64,000 nucleotides of DNA from Pocillopora damicornis (Eukaryota). Within the stretch, counting starts at the first letter, position 1. Each line of letters opens with the position of its first letter. This document shows positions 1 through 13,451 of this stretch, one piece after another. The stretch is from positions 186,001-250,000 of the forward strand of contig NW_020846635.1 in assembly GCF_003704095.1 (NCBI RefSeq). Direction: 5' to 3'. Under the pieces are notes generated by a model. The model ran no database searches. It was not told where the DNA came from and was given only the letters and a program-made list of their open reading frames with translations. The position numbers and the translations under genes were made by a program.

Positions 1-1177
1 AGTGAAATTCCCTCACCTTGAAGAACTTTTTTTTCCTGACCATTTCCTGACTTGTGGCAATTAAGATTAAGTTAAATCTGTACTCAAGCCAAGTTGACTA
101 TCCAGCAGGAACTTATCCTTTGCATGAAGTGACAGCGGGCTCTCGTTTGACAAAGATTTAGTTTGGTTTTGGTTAATAGGATTCTCTGGGCAGTAACAGC
201 ACAATGAAAGGAACTATCATTGTTTCAAAAAGGTTTCCTTGCAAACTGAGTAAAGTGCAGTGATAAGAAATCGTAAGTTAGACAACAATGTTCAAATTAT
301 GACAAACAGAAAGATTAAAACCATCGTCGAAAACACAAAGTGGCGGTTGGCGACTGATTAAGTGGTAAACCAAGACCATCCCATGCACTCTTTTCCTGCA
401 GTTTGCATCGCGATAATGAACAGTTGCGTCGAAAGAAAATGGATTTAAGAACAGCTCGATATTTTTTTTTTGACTCCTGGAAAATTCATCCTCTAACCTA
501 AACTTTGAGGCAAAGCTTTTTGAAAAAGGTATCTCAATCAAACGTGTCATTTCAACTGTCCAGTTACTTCTGCGCCCAAAATGTCGCCTCTATCCCCCCA
601 TGATGACCACCATCTTGAGAACACGCGAAGAGCGGTATCTATTCACTAATTTCCAATATAATTATTGATATATACGGCGACTAATAACAAATAAACAGCG
701 AAAATTTCGAATTGGGTACGAAAATCTTCGATTCCCGAAATGGTCATGTTTTGACGTCACGTGGTTATCAAATCTGATAACTATCCCGGACTGCTTTTTG
801 CAAAGACAAAAAGTAACGTTCATAAGGGTCCAAATTCTCGTTTCCGTATGGCATTCGGATACTAGAAGATTGAAAATTATGCAATTCATACGAACAAAAA
901 GAGTCGATTAAAGAGGAGATTCACAGTTTAATCGTACCAAAAAATGCGCTACCAAAACGTACTTTAAATTTGCTTCACCTTGAAACTTTTTCTTTGTACT
1001 GTGTAACCGCTGTACCTTCCTCTTCTGAGATCAAGACTAGTTATTTGGCTTTTTAGATTTTTTAAGACTTAATATTGATATTAACTTCAATCTGTTAGCG
1101 AGCTCATGCCATATGTGACTCTACTGCACTACTCTACTCCACTTTTTTGTCTCACACAGTATTGTTTTCTTATACAG

Positions 1178-4100
1178 GAGTTCTAGACTTTTTAATGAGC
1201 AACTTCTACACTGCACGTCATCTGCGGGAGACTTTCATCTTCAAGATTGTACCCATGCTTAACATTGACGGAGTTATCAATGGCTGGTAGGGTCTTAGTC
1301 TTGTAGAAATTTAGCCGCTGTCCTTCCGTTTTATTGTTCAACGATTTTTTTAATATGTATATTTCGTCCACTTATACAACAATTCTGAACGAGGGAATCA
1401 GTGTCTTTCTTGTGAATTTTTAGCCATGAATGATATCTGATGTGTGCAGTATTGTAAGAAATTTTTCTCAGTATTGCATTTTCGATCAATTCTTTTGGCA
1501 CCGTCAGCTATTCTCCCCACCCACCCAACCCACCCACTCAATCCCCCACTTCCTCATGATCCATAAGGAGAAACTTTATACCTGTAAATAACCTTGCTCT
1601 GTAACCTTACAATACTGTGAATCTTTCGTGAAGTTAATTCATTAATAGAACTAAATAGAGTTTCCTTTGACGAAATACAAAGACTTTTTTTTATGAAGAT
1701 TTTACCCTTGTTCTTTACAAAATTTTATTGAACCTTTTTTGCAGCCATCGATGTTCTCTGTCGGGTGACGATTTAAACAGGCGCTGGATTAATCCCAGCA
1801 TGCTACTTCACCCCACTATTTATCACGTGAAAGGATTGCTGTTGTACTTACAGTCTATTGAAAAGACTCCTTTGGTGAGTAGCATTTGCTTGTAGCCGTG
1901 AGACAGATCAATTGTGCCGAACCTAAGTTGTGTTAATCCCGGCTACTAAACAATTTTGAGCTGTTATGTGATCGTGTTGTTTCATTCTTTTACTGCGTGG
2001 ACAAAATTTAATTTGCATGACTTACATGGTGTACCATCTTGAATAAATGAGAGGAACACAACAATCATTTCTTCCTCTCCCCAGGTCATAGTCGACAAAA
2101 AAGTGCGATTTGGTCCTCGCGCTTACTCATCATTTTCTTTTTTTCTCTCCTGAGCAAAATCGAAGCTGCTTTCAGATCAGCTACATTTTCCCTCGACAGA
2201 AGCTCTTCTTAACTCTCTGACCCCTTAGAGTGACTAGCATCTAATTTCTTCTACAGTTATCACTCTCGATTCACACATAAAGGCCTCGAGAATAAAGGAA
2301 ATGATCACCAACTAAAGAAGCTCTTGACTGTTAAACAAATTCTCTTTGTCGACACCATAGGAAGGAAATATACAAAGAACAGTGTGGAGAATATGTATAC
2401 TGATGTTAGGGTGTAACAGGATTAAATCCGCCTCATGTTCTTCTTCTTGTAGGTTTATTGTGACTTCCATGGTCATTCACGCAAGAAGAACGTATTTATG
2501 TATGGCTGCAGCACAGCTGCCACACTGGCTGCCAGTTCGTCTAGTTCTGGTGAAGTCGACAGTAGTGACTTGGTAGATTCTGTCAGGGAACGTGTAGCTG
2601 AACTATCTGGCTCCGAATCCACCAGTAGCATGGACCCGAGTGACATAGAGGAAGATCCCGGATATAGGGTGAGTGTAAAAGAAAACATACTTATCGATAA
2701 AACCTTTTTCCTGGGAGCTTGGAAGATGACAGAGATACTAGAGACACGCCCTGTAAGCATTGAACTTTTGCAAAGATCGAAGTCAGGTCTTCGATACTCA
2801 TGAGAAGGAAGTCCTCATTGTTCCCAGGGAGCATGGGCTCATTTCCCGAACAGCGGCTTATGATCTAGGCGAAACTTTACTGTTTGTTTCAGTATTAGCC
2901 TTTTGCGAAATTATTGGTAAATATTTGCATATGCTGCGAGTTTTTTCTTTCTCGCACTAATGGAATCATAGGATGATGATCATATCGCAAACTCTCGTGT
3001 TCGGTTAGCATCGAACTGAAGTCATTATTTCTCCTAGTTAGTACGTGTGCTTCACTGTACGGCCCGCTAAATTAAAAAGTTTCGCTTCGCGCTTGGGTCA
3101 TAAATCCAAGTGGAAAAACTTGATCCGTAACTTTAAGTGCGGACTTCGAATTCGGTTAGTAGGAGGTACTAAGTTCAAGGGGAAAAAGATGCTGGAGAAC
3201 GAGTACTGAAATCAAATGTAGAATAATGAGTGAAAATTTTGAATAATAGTCTTGCGAGACTCTACAATTGCGTTCGTGAATTTTAGGTTATCAAACTTTC
3301 TACAGTGTTAGCGGCACTAAGAGCTGTGCAATATAGGTGGTTTTCTTAAAAGTGACACTAGGCTGGTTTTTAAAAGAGAATTTTTATTTCTGAATTATCG
3401 TTTTGTTTCTATGTCCTCTTCGTCATGTTTTGGCATCTTCTTTTTTATTCTCTGCTTCTACTCTTTGGAGAAGATCTTATAGCAATTAGCGGCTAGATTT
3501 ACCCATCCAAAAAGCATCTTCAAATATCACCAGGAACTCTGTTCAGGAAGCACTTTTTCCGAACCAAGCTGACTATTTCTTTTATTTACGCAGACATTAC
3601 CTCGAGTTCTTCACAACATTGCACCAGCGTTTTCGCTGGGCAGCTGTAGTTTCATTGTGGAACCTTCCAAAGAATCCACGGCCAGAGTTGTGGTGTGGAG
3701 AGAGATTGGAGTGGTCAGGAGTTATACCATGGAGAGTACATACAGTGGCTGTGATCAGGGACCTTATAAGGTGAGTTCTCATTGGATAAAGCTAGTGTGA
3801 AAAACATAAAAACACAAATTGAACAGACACTGTTGTGAATGTTACTGAGTGGAACTAGAACACCTTTGGCCCCGCTTTTTCGAAGGGTAGATAATATTAT
3901 CCCGTGGATAAATCTCTGTTCAGTGGATGGCGCGGTATTTTTTATTCACACTTATCCGTTCGATAACGTTATCCTCCCTTTGAAGAACTGGACCCTTCTC
4001 TATAACTACTGTCAGAGTCGGATTTCTCTCTGTTTTTAAGTTGAGAGAAGGAAGTTTTCATTCAGTCAGGGAGTGAGTTAGTTAGTTATTGAGTTAGTGA

Positions 4101-4644
4101 ATGAGTAGGTGAGGGAGTCTCTCAGTGGGCCAGTCTGTCTGTCAGTCAGTCAGTCGTTGAGTGAGTCAGTCGGTGAGTTATTCAATCAGTCAGTAATTCA
4201 TTGAGTGAATCAGCCTGTTAGTTAGTCAGTTAGTTAGTTAGTAGTTAGTTAGTAAGGCAGTCAGGGAGTCAGTAATTCAGTCAGAGAGTTAGTGCGTCAG
4301 GTAGTCATTTGGTGAATCAGGCAGGCAGGTAGTCAGAGTTAGTTTGTCAGTCAGCAGGTCAGGCAGTGATTTTGTCACTGAATAAGTGAACGAGTCTGCC
4401 AGTCAATCCGTTTGTTAGTCGGCTGTGAGTCAGTCATTGAGACAGTGAGTACTAAAAATCAACACGTTAATCTACATTTTTGTTTTAAGGGTTACCACGT
4501 GGGAACAAGAGAACTGGAGGAAATGGGCCGTTTCTTCTGTGCCGGGCTTCTCCGTGTTGGACGCTCCTACTTCTATCAAAACAACCAGCAACAATCGCCA
4601 TCAAACGACAACGCAGATGTGATGCGTAATGCTGATAGTTCGTG
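1178..4644 (+). CDS. AGTPBP1: Cytosolic carboxypeptidase 1 (CCP1/Nna1, M14D tubulin deglutamylase), 3' exons only; 5' part lies upstream of the window
   Basis: GT-AG exons 1178-1286, 1745-1874, 2453-2668, 3594-3770 and 4490-4644 join in phase. They give ...[32 protein letters not shown]...[11 protein letters not shown]...[19 protein letters not shown]...[51 protein letters not shown]. This is the CCP1/CCP4 catalytic core (Zn ligand in DFHGH, catalytic E in YTMES). The 3' end is uncertain: donor at 4645 or stop at 4646-4648. Confidence 0.92.
2213..2421. mobile_element. TTAA-flanked MITE (piggyBac-like), intronic
   Basis: TTAA at 2209-2212 and 2422-2425. Related degenerate copies lie at ~12540-12640, ~18980-19157, ~52590-52773, 54616-54820, ~57080-57263 and ~62230-62432. 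Confidence 0.6.
3868..3995. mobile_element. Short MITE with imperfect TIRs (Tourist/Harbinger-like)
   Basis: Ends GGCCCCGCTTTTTCGAAGGG and CCCTTTGAAGAACTGGACCC are imperfect inverted repeats. Internal GGATA/TATCC motifs repeat. Confidence 0.5.
4060..4450. repeat. Degenerate tetranucleotide microsatellite (AGTC/AGTT/AGTG)n in a CCP1 intron
   Basis: About 390 bp of 4-nt periodic agtc/agtt/agtg/aggc units, read directly. Confidence 0.85.
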
Positions 4645-7600
4645 GTGAGTTCCTCGCGTGAAACCTCTCCACAATTTTAGCTCCACGCGCGGTGTATCAT
4701 AGTAGAAAGCAATTTTTAATTATTTCTATGACACCTTTTACATGTACTTGTCTCACTGTTAGTTGAAAAAAAAAACAACAACATAAAAAACGAAACGTTT
4801 TCACGAGGCCGTTTATGTTTAATTTGAAAATATAAGTTGTTGCAAATTTCTTTTTGAGCTAATGTGGAATTTCTTCTTTCCCTAAGGATAAGGACAAGTG
4901 AGCTGTTTGTTCCCTGTGAACTCGTCACAAGTGGAGTTGTCGTTTGATTGTAATCTAATTCTTGAAAACACATACTAGAAGAGCAGCAGTCAAGCGTCGG
5001 CGCGTGTGTAAACGTTGTATTGACTGGGTGTTGTACTTTCAGGCTGTAAGAACCAAGTTGTCTCACACGAGTTACAAACAACCACATGAGCCAGTAAGTC
5101 ACGGTGTTTCACAAGCTTAGAACATTTTTGGTAAATCTCAAAACGGAATGGTAAATCAATAAGATACCTGTACTTGAATTAGGTTTGTGTTCGAAAAGTC
5201 TCGAGTTTTCCTTCTGCCCACTTTTGTTTCCCTTCACAGATTTGAACGTTTCAATTGTCTGTCACATAGTTTGCGAGACGCGGTTGTTTCTTATGTTTCC
5301 CTTAAAATTTTACGCGGGAAATTGGCGCGCGGGCGGCCAAAATTGTTCCCCTCGCGCATGCCCTAGATTTGATGGCAGTGTTATGCTCAAATACCTAAGG
5401 AATTCACGTGACGACCAAAATCCACCGGCAATTATTAGTTGAACGGTGAAATTAGAGGTAATTTGAGCAGTGAAAGGTAAATATTGAACAGATTTAACTA
5501 TGAAATTCTAATTTTAGCCCCGCATAGACAGGACGAACTGTTTTAACTTAAGAGGCTGAGGAGTACCAATGCTCAAGACAAATTTAAGCTCGTAGACCTA
5601 TGTCCCACTGACTCGTTGTGCGACCTTGAATGACATCATGGGAAAGGTTCAGGACTTGTTCCCGGGGTCGTCTCGGTCCTTATTCTTCATTTTAATATTG
5701 AAATAAACTAATCTAAGGATGAAATTAACAAATAGAGAAGTAATATATATATGCCGTGAGTAAAGCCAACTGTAAACTGTGCTCCAAAGGGAAATGTTGG
5801 TCAAAAGGTATCATTTTAAACCCGTATTAATTCGCATCTTTAGTCTGGACAACTGCACCGGTATGCGAGAAGAGCCAGTGAATAAGTATTTATATCAAAG
5901 AGATTTTGAACCAAATTTACGTAAACAGCATAAAATGTAAACTGATAAGTGATTTAAAATTAGAGTTTACAGCTATTTGTTATTACTGAATGCTAATTAA
6001 TATTTGGATTGATGTATTAAATTTATACACTGTAGTTTATTTTTATAACATGTAAAAGTGAACTTTGTTTATGTCTGTCAACATTGTAATCTTTGGTTAT
6101 AAGTAAATTTTTAGAAGAGACGTTATTATCATAAAAGAATGTATTTGTCCATGATTATTTCTGAAAATTAGACGTTGACTTGTCAACCAAAAGTCGATTT
6201 TGTTTTGTTCATAGGCGTCTGTGTACAAGAGCCCTGTTTTTGTAGCCTTTCTGTCAGGGTGCCNNNNNNNNNNNNNNNNNNNNNNNNNNNNNNNNNNNNN
6301 NNNNNNNNNNNNNNNNNNNNNNNNNNNNNNNNNNNNNNNNNNNNNNNNNNNNNNNNNNNNNNNACGAATATGCTCAAAAATTTATTTTTGTCTCTCGTAT
6401 TTTGTTTAAAGGTTATTAAAAAACTCATATATAACTTTTTAACGTGATTTTATTAAAATATCGGAGCCTAATTACTAGAAATGTCTAAGTTATTGAGACA
6501 AAAACCAAATTGAAATAGTAGGCTCCAAAACTTGATGTTTGTATCTCAGTGCCTCTATAGTTTATTATCAACTAATAAGAATTTTTTTATGTGATTTTAT
6601 GAACATCATAGTGCCTAATTAAAAAATGTCTTAGGTCTTGGGGCTAAATTGAAATAGCATGCTCCAAAAAATTAATAATTTTCGATTTTTCGCGAGGTTC
6701 ACTCTTAAATCTTTATTTTTTATTAGAGAACATCAGAAGTTTAATAAACTGAAAATACTTAATCCTGAAAAATATATTTGGATAGAAAGGTTTAAACGTT
6801 GAAAACAAATTTTTGAATCCCCTTAGCTTCGTCAGTTTTACTTATTCAATAGAACACAGACACGGAAACTTTCAAGTATTTATTGCCATCTTAACCAAAT
6901 CTTGGTAACCCTGTATCAAACGGCTTTACTTAACAATGGTAGGACACCAAAGAAATCTAGATTTGAGTTGATTGATTCAAAGGTGTTCACTGGAAATCAA
7001 TTTATAAAAGAAATAGCTTGATTTCATAACTTTTAACAAAGTTATTTATCGAAGAATTATTTCAAAAATACTCTCTGTCAAAAGAATTAATTTGCAGCTT
7101 TTCATTATTGAAAAAAAGCCGTCAGCCAATTTCTCTTCCTACTGTTATTTGCATTTTAAATGACTCTCATGAATTCTCGCGCTCCAGGATTTACATTGAA
7201 ATGTTTTTATTTTTATTCATGATTCTAGTCGGATTTAATATGAACAGGAACTTGCAAAAATGTGATTATTTCAACAGGCACTCTGCGAATAATCAGGGAT
7301 ACAAGTTAAGCAAGCAGAAGCTAAATTTATGCAGTAGTTACACTTTAATTCCTCGTGATCTCAGAGGAATTGCTGGCGAGCATAGATTAATTGCTTGTTG
7401 TTGCTGCTTCACTGAAATTACAAAAAACTTTCTTCTCTAAATGAATTGGTTTTATGTCTGGAAAAAAGCAAGCGAACATAGAGTTATTTTGACGACAACA
7501 GCAACAACAGAATCCCTCGAATTTCTAAGAATATTCAACTGTGATCATTTTGAATTTATCGTTAAATCCAGGTTACGTTCACATTCATTTGTAAAGTTAC

Positions 7601-10509
7601 ACGGTACTTAATTATTTATATACAGAATGTTACTCGTTTAACTGTAAAAGTACGTGTTTCTGCGCCAAATCAACACTATTATTATAGTTTGAGAAAGCAA
7701 AGTTTAGATTTTGGAGCAGTTGTTAATGTATGGTTTATTTTATTTTTTTGCAGACTGACTGGTCGATATCCCTGATGCTTCAAGCACGAATCGAGTAAGA
7801 CAGACTATGATTCATGTAGAAGACAAGATTTATTCAGGATCAGGTACAGACAGATGTAGCGCATTTCTTACAACAAAACTTCGAATTAGAACCAGGATTC
7901 AAACGCTAAAACGGAAGACTGGAAAGTTGTTATTTCGTGATTCTTTCTCGGTTCAATTCATGTTAAGGGCTGTTTGTGGTAGAAAATTTTCCCGCCAAAA
8001 AACTTAGAAAAAATACGGGTGCTTGTAATACGCATGCGTCAATATTTTCTTTATTTATTCCGTAACATTTGTGTGAATGTGGCAAATTTCCCGCCGAATG
8101 ACTAAAAAAATACGGCGCCAAAAATACGCATGCGCCAATTTTTTTTTAAAATAGATACCCAAGCTTTACTTTTAACAGATAGTCTACATTGCTAATAAAC
8201 TAAATTTTTATCTACTTGTCTTCTTGTATTATTACCATCGACAATAAGTCAATAAAGTGCAGCGATCAGTTTTTGTTTCAACTTTTATTGTCTTGCAATT
8301 TATACTCAATAAACCACCAAAGTTTTCATCTCAAATTCTCTTTAATCACTTTGTTTCAATGATTAAAAATGTGGTAAGAGAAATTTTTCGTGTATATACC
8401 AAGACTTTTGGCGGGAAAATTTGGGCCAATTTGCACAGAGTATCCCCTGGCAACATTTTCGGCAAAAATTTTAACAAGGCTTCCTTCCAAAAATTTCCCG
8501 CTAAAAAATAGACAGCATCTCGTGCAAAGAATCGAAAAGTAAAAGCCAATTTATCCTCTCTTAGAAAAAAAAATCAATACACTGTAAACAATTCCATGTT
8601 GTTTCTATAAAAAGAAATCCTTACTCGACATGTCTATCTCTTAACCTTTTTTATACTTTAATTCTTTGCACGAGATGATGTGTGGAAGTTCCTTAAGAAA
8701 GAGCATCATGGCGAACTATAGAGCGTTCAATCACAAATACAAAATTCATGTCCTAGATTATGATCAATGTGTTTTTAAAACCCGTCATATTTTTGTAAAG
8801 CTTTACGTTGCCATGATGTCTTCATCGGAGTAAAAGATCTTTAAAGCCGTCAGTTTCGAATGTAACACAGGATAAGAGGAATAAAAAAAATTATTCAAAG
8901 CATCGACCTTGGTTTCCAGATTCAATTTGACTTCATTTAGATGATGAAAAAAGAAACTAAATTATCAGAGCATACTAGTTTATTTGATATTGGTCACAAG
9001 AACCAAGACATTACAATTAGGCTCCAAATTTGTTCTAAAAAACTTCACTATGCTTTTGAGAAATGAATCATAGAATCCAAATTGCTGTTAGATTCGCGAA
9101 GCAATTTGACAAAATAGTTCTATAAGAAGTTGGAGCGAACTCTTAAATTTGATTTTAGCCTTCAAAATGAAAGACATGTAAGAATTACGCTCCAAGTTTC
9201 TTAAACTGTATTTTAGAGGCGATTTGAGAAATAAAATAGTTCTGCAGAAACTGTAGGAACAAATTCTTTGAAATCGAGTTTACCTTCTTAGAGGCAAAGA
9301 AGTTTTACAATTAGTCTCCAAGTCATCAATTCTTACAGCGAATCGTTTCAAGAGATTTAGTCTTCAAAAGCGTACGATCTCTGTATCATTACAAACCGAA
9401 TTTCTCATCAAAACTGTAAACTTTTAATTATCATTTCTTTCTGTATTCCTGTGTTACACCGAATGGCTGCTCGAAAGATCTTCCTTTCACTTACAATTAC
9501 GAGTAATTAAACTAACTACGTTATATATTTTAAACTAAATGCCTGGTCCAAAGGCTAACAAGGGTTTTTTTTTTCGAATGCAAATTAATTTCTAAGTTTT
9601 GGAGACTACTCCGAAAGGTCTTATTAAAGAAGAATTTCTATATAAACCAGCAATGACAACCAACGCAGTAAAGGAATCAACAGACTTCGTTTTTCGAAGC
9701 GAGGATACACTCAAAGGATATCCTTAGACTTTAATTTGAATATGACCAATTTGCATTTTTGGTTTGTGCTTCGGTTTCGTAAAGTCAACCTGCCTTCTGT
9801 ACGAATTTAAATTTTAAAGTAAAAAAAATTTGTTTGTAATTCCTTACATTTCCATGAAACTCGTAAGCAATATGTGAAAGTACTCAGCAATAAAAATACG
9901 ACATCTTGTTTGATATGCATTTCTGATTCTAACGTCTGTCTTTAATTTTACGTGTTTTAAATCGTGATGAGCAAATTTCGTAACAAAGAATCTTCGCTAA
10001 TAGATTTATTTATTGTTTGTTGTCCAAAAGATTGGTTCGCATATTCAGGTTGATTTTCGCCCAATCTATAAACCATTTTTTAACAACTTGCGAAAAAATT
10101 AGCGTTCTTAATTTCTATCTAATAAATTGTTCTCGAGATATATAAATCTATATTTCTTCGTTGTGAAAAGGAGCCAATTTAAACTGGTTTAAATGGCAGC
10201 AAGAGATCATACAGTTTATGACATCTTAATAGAGGTAAATTTCAACTTAATCAGTTTCCCGAAAGAACTCGTGACTAGGCATTAGAGTTTTAAAACATAT
10301 TTCTTCCATATGGAAATAAACCCAGCTGATGGCACAAAGTAACAGATATAATTTAAGATCACACTGTACAAAATTCTTGCTTTTTGTATCAAAAACAAAT
10401 GTTTATATTTTATAATAGCTCCCAAATTTTCAGTTTAATATAATTCATGCATAGAGTGCATTTTCAATTAATCTAAGTGTTTTTGGCCAACTTTTCTCAT
10501 TTAGTTGTC

Positions 10510-10610
10510 AATCGTGAAGTGTGCTCGTCCGAGTGAGAGTAGTCCAGGAAAGCTTTGTTGTCGAAACTAGTGACTAGCCTGAGAAGGGGTCATCAGAGTC
10601 GAGTTAAGTA
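10510..10610 (-). mobile_element. Degenerate Penelope-like element terminal repeat (hammerhead-type remnant)
   Basis: Minus strand reads ACTCGACTCTGATGACCCCTTCTCAGG...GGACTACTCTCACTCGGACGAGC. This resembles, from memory, the cnidarian PLE terminal repeat with its CUGANGA box. The GAAAC box is displaced or inverted. Confidence 0.4.
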
Positions 10611-12050
10611 GCTGTCATTCTCAGATGCCGTTCGTCCGTTGATCAATCGGTAGAGTTAGTTTGTTATGTTTGGTCCGTTAGTGACCACGTTAGTCTCTAA
10701 AAGTCGTTTGTAAGGTGCCAATAGTTGCTGTCATCATCTGTTGTGAGAAGCCCTCTTCAAGTTATAAAACTTGCTTTTCAAAGTCAGTCTTTGAAGTAAG
10801 TCGATGATGTTGAGCAATGTGATTTTTGACTTGAAGAAACGACTCAAAATCAATCAAATTCATCAAAACACTTCCATTTTGAATTTAATTTGGTCTTATT
10901 ACGGCCGTCGTATTTTGTTGGAGTGCCACCTTAATATCATCTTTGCGCGACATCAACTGGGATATAACTGTGATACTAACTGTTAAACAAACCGAAAAAA
11001 AGGAGCGATCAGAGCTTCGAAATTAATGAGTTTCATCATTCCGTAGACAGGATTAGATCAGTTTCCAGCTGCCCCTATCTTTTATTTCATACAACGAGAT
11101 TATCTGAGATAAATCACACCAAATTAGAGCTGGTAGTTCAAATAAATCAAATGATCGCTCAAGGTCTGCATAACAATCAGTAGCACAACAAACTATTTCA
11201 AAAATGGTGGCTAATTAACAACTATTCACTCACCGTGTAATCAGTTTATCTGTTCCAAGACAATGAGTGAAGGAACGAAGACTTCGCACAATAATTAGAT
11301 GTATAATGCGCCACCATTTTTGCTATTATAACTAAATAATTTCAAAGTTCTTATCTTTGCAGTATCCTCTAAGAATTCGGTGATTCCAGTTTCTTCTCTT
11401 GACCAGAATCTTTGTTCTTCCATGCTTCTGACAATACTGCTGAAATTAGAAAATATAAATATGATCAAGAAACGCTTACTTTCCACCAGGACAAAACTAA
11501 AAATTGAAAATTATTTTGCTATTTGACATAGAAAAGGGAAAGTATCAACATTTTTTCAAAATGTTATTTACGATGAAGCGAAGACCACGAAGTAGTATAG
11601 TCATCAAACTCCACGCGGGTGAATTAAAATACAAAATTAAGTCCCCGATACATTTAGCGAGCAGAATATTTTTATTGTAGCGTTTCACTGAAAATATTTT
11701 AAAATCATAGGTTTTGCTTTTCTGGAAGCCAGCACTCTAACTCAGTCTAATTTCGAGTTGAAGAGCCGTCCAGACCGAGGAACCGTTTCGTGCTACGTCG
11801 TTGAACTGAGATAATGCGACTCGTTTATATTTCTGAAGGAGATTAAGGCGACATTTTCCAAAGGCAATGCTCACCTGTTGTTGTAATGAAATAAACGTGC
11901 TTTCGTTGATGATCTTTGATGATGAAGTCTTATTCCTTCCAGATCCAAACGTTGTGTTTAGCACAACGAACGGCTCGTCTTCACTCAACGACGGACAGCG
12001 TGGTTTGCTAAAAATTCTACAACTTCTGATGAATATGGATTAACAACTGC

Positions 12051-12160
12051 AGCCAATAATCGGCTGCCACGTCACAGATTTGGCGCGGAGATCTTTTCGC
12101 GCGCTCAGCCAGCTAATCAAGAATCAAGCCAAAGAAAGGCATTGTAAATGACGGATTGGC
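12051..12160. promoter_or_regulatory. Promoter-like motif cluster (CCAAT x2, CRE-like, E2F-like x2)
   Basis: AGCCAAT 12051-12057, CACGTCA 12068-12074, TTTGGCGCGG 12079-12088, TTTTCGCGCG 12094-12103 and GATTGGC 12154-12160, all in a local CpG-rich patch. Confidence 0.45.
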
Positions 12161-13451
12161 ATGTGACACTGAAGAGGGAAAAATTTACAACTACTGAATT
12201 CTAGGAACTACTATGACCGAAAAAATTACTCCGACACTCGAAAAAACCCAATTCGAAAGACTGATATCATCAAAAGTAGTAGATCTCAGCAATGAATAGA
12301 GAAATATTTAAGACATTATTTCAAAATTGCGTAACTGAATGAATTATGGTTCGTTATTCTAGTACTGGAAGGGAGCGTAACGAAAAAGAATGCAAAGATG
12401 ATGTTGAACATGACAAAATGAATCAAACGCAATTTTACCCTCTCATGAAAAAAATAAGGAGATTAATAATGCGTAAAAAGGAATTAAAAAGCGCTTTCAT
12501 TCTATCACTCAAGGAGAGGGCAACATGAGGACTGAGTTAACTAAAGATGCTCTTGAGTTCTTGATTATAAAAAAAATTCTTCTTGTCAGCACATTGGGTA
12601 GTATATGAAGAAAAGAATGGAGAATAAGCATATTAACCTCAGCCTCAGTGTGATTTTCTTTTTATTTCCAAAGAACACAATTACAACATGTTACATAAAA
12701 AATAGTAGGAACCTCTATGGGAACATAAATCTTTTTATACAGTAAGACACGAGATCCAACTATAAGCAGACAGGCCCTTCAGTTCCTAACAGTTCTCTCT
12801 ACGCAACCCGAAATTTTATCAAAATTTGAAGTCACTATACACAGTAAAGTAGTTCTTTTGGACATAAAATCAACTATTTGCAATCTCTAAACATGGTCAG
12901 AGACGAGACCGAAATAACACCCCATTCACATCAGCAAAATATGTTTAGTTAAACCAGGTTTAACTGAAGAAACTTAGAGACAAAGAACTGAAAAACTGAG
13001 TTTTCCATAGGTTTCTAAGAGTTCTCAAACTTTATTTTCAACGTGTTGAATTTGAGGTCGAAAAACATCGGTTTCAGCAGCTTCTATGAGGAAAGTAATT
13101 AACAACTACATTTGGAAAAAAAAACAGCGTTAAAACATGATTCAGCTTAGGTGTGAATGGGGTGTCAGACGTATTCTCGCAGGAATCTCAAGACTTTCTG
13201 ACAATATTTAGATCTTTATACACTTATATACACATTAAAGTCTTCGGATTATGCACTGGAACATCTTGTATCAGCTATGAAAAGCAGATAAGCTGAAAAG
13301 GAAATTCTGAAATATTCTCTTCAACGAATTAAGTAAGTTGTTCGGGTTATTTGGGTGCTTATCTACCACGAAGTCCAAAAATAAATAAGACACCTACACC
13401 ATAAAGATTGCGCCAACCGATGGGTTTCGTGAACCAAGAAGCACAATCTTG

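Noticed and set aside
278-640. 90-aa minus-strand ORF and AAGATGG start-like context inside a CCP1 intron
   Set aside because: No recognisable domain or consistent exon structure.
4060-4450. CRISPR-like or coding repeat array
   Set aside because: It is a simple 4-nt-period microsatellite with no repeat-spacer structure, in a eukaryotic intron.
7754-7794. 41-nt plus-strand segment with good splice sites as a possible next CCP1 exon
   Set aside because: Joining it to 4644 creates an immediate TGA, and it sits in a repeat-like block. It cannot be supported without transcripts.
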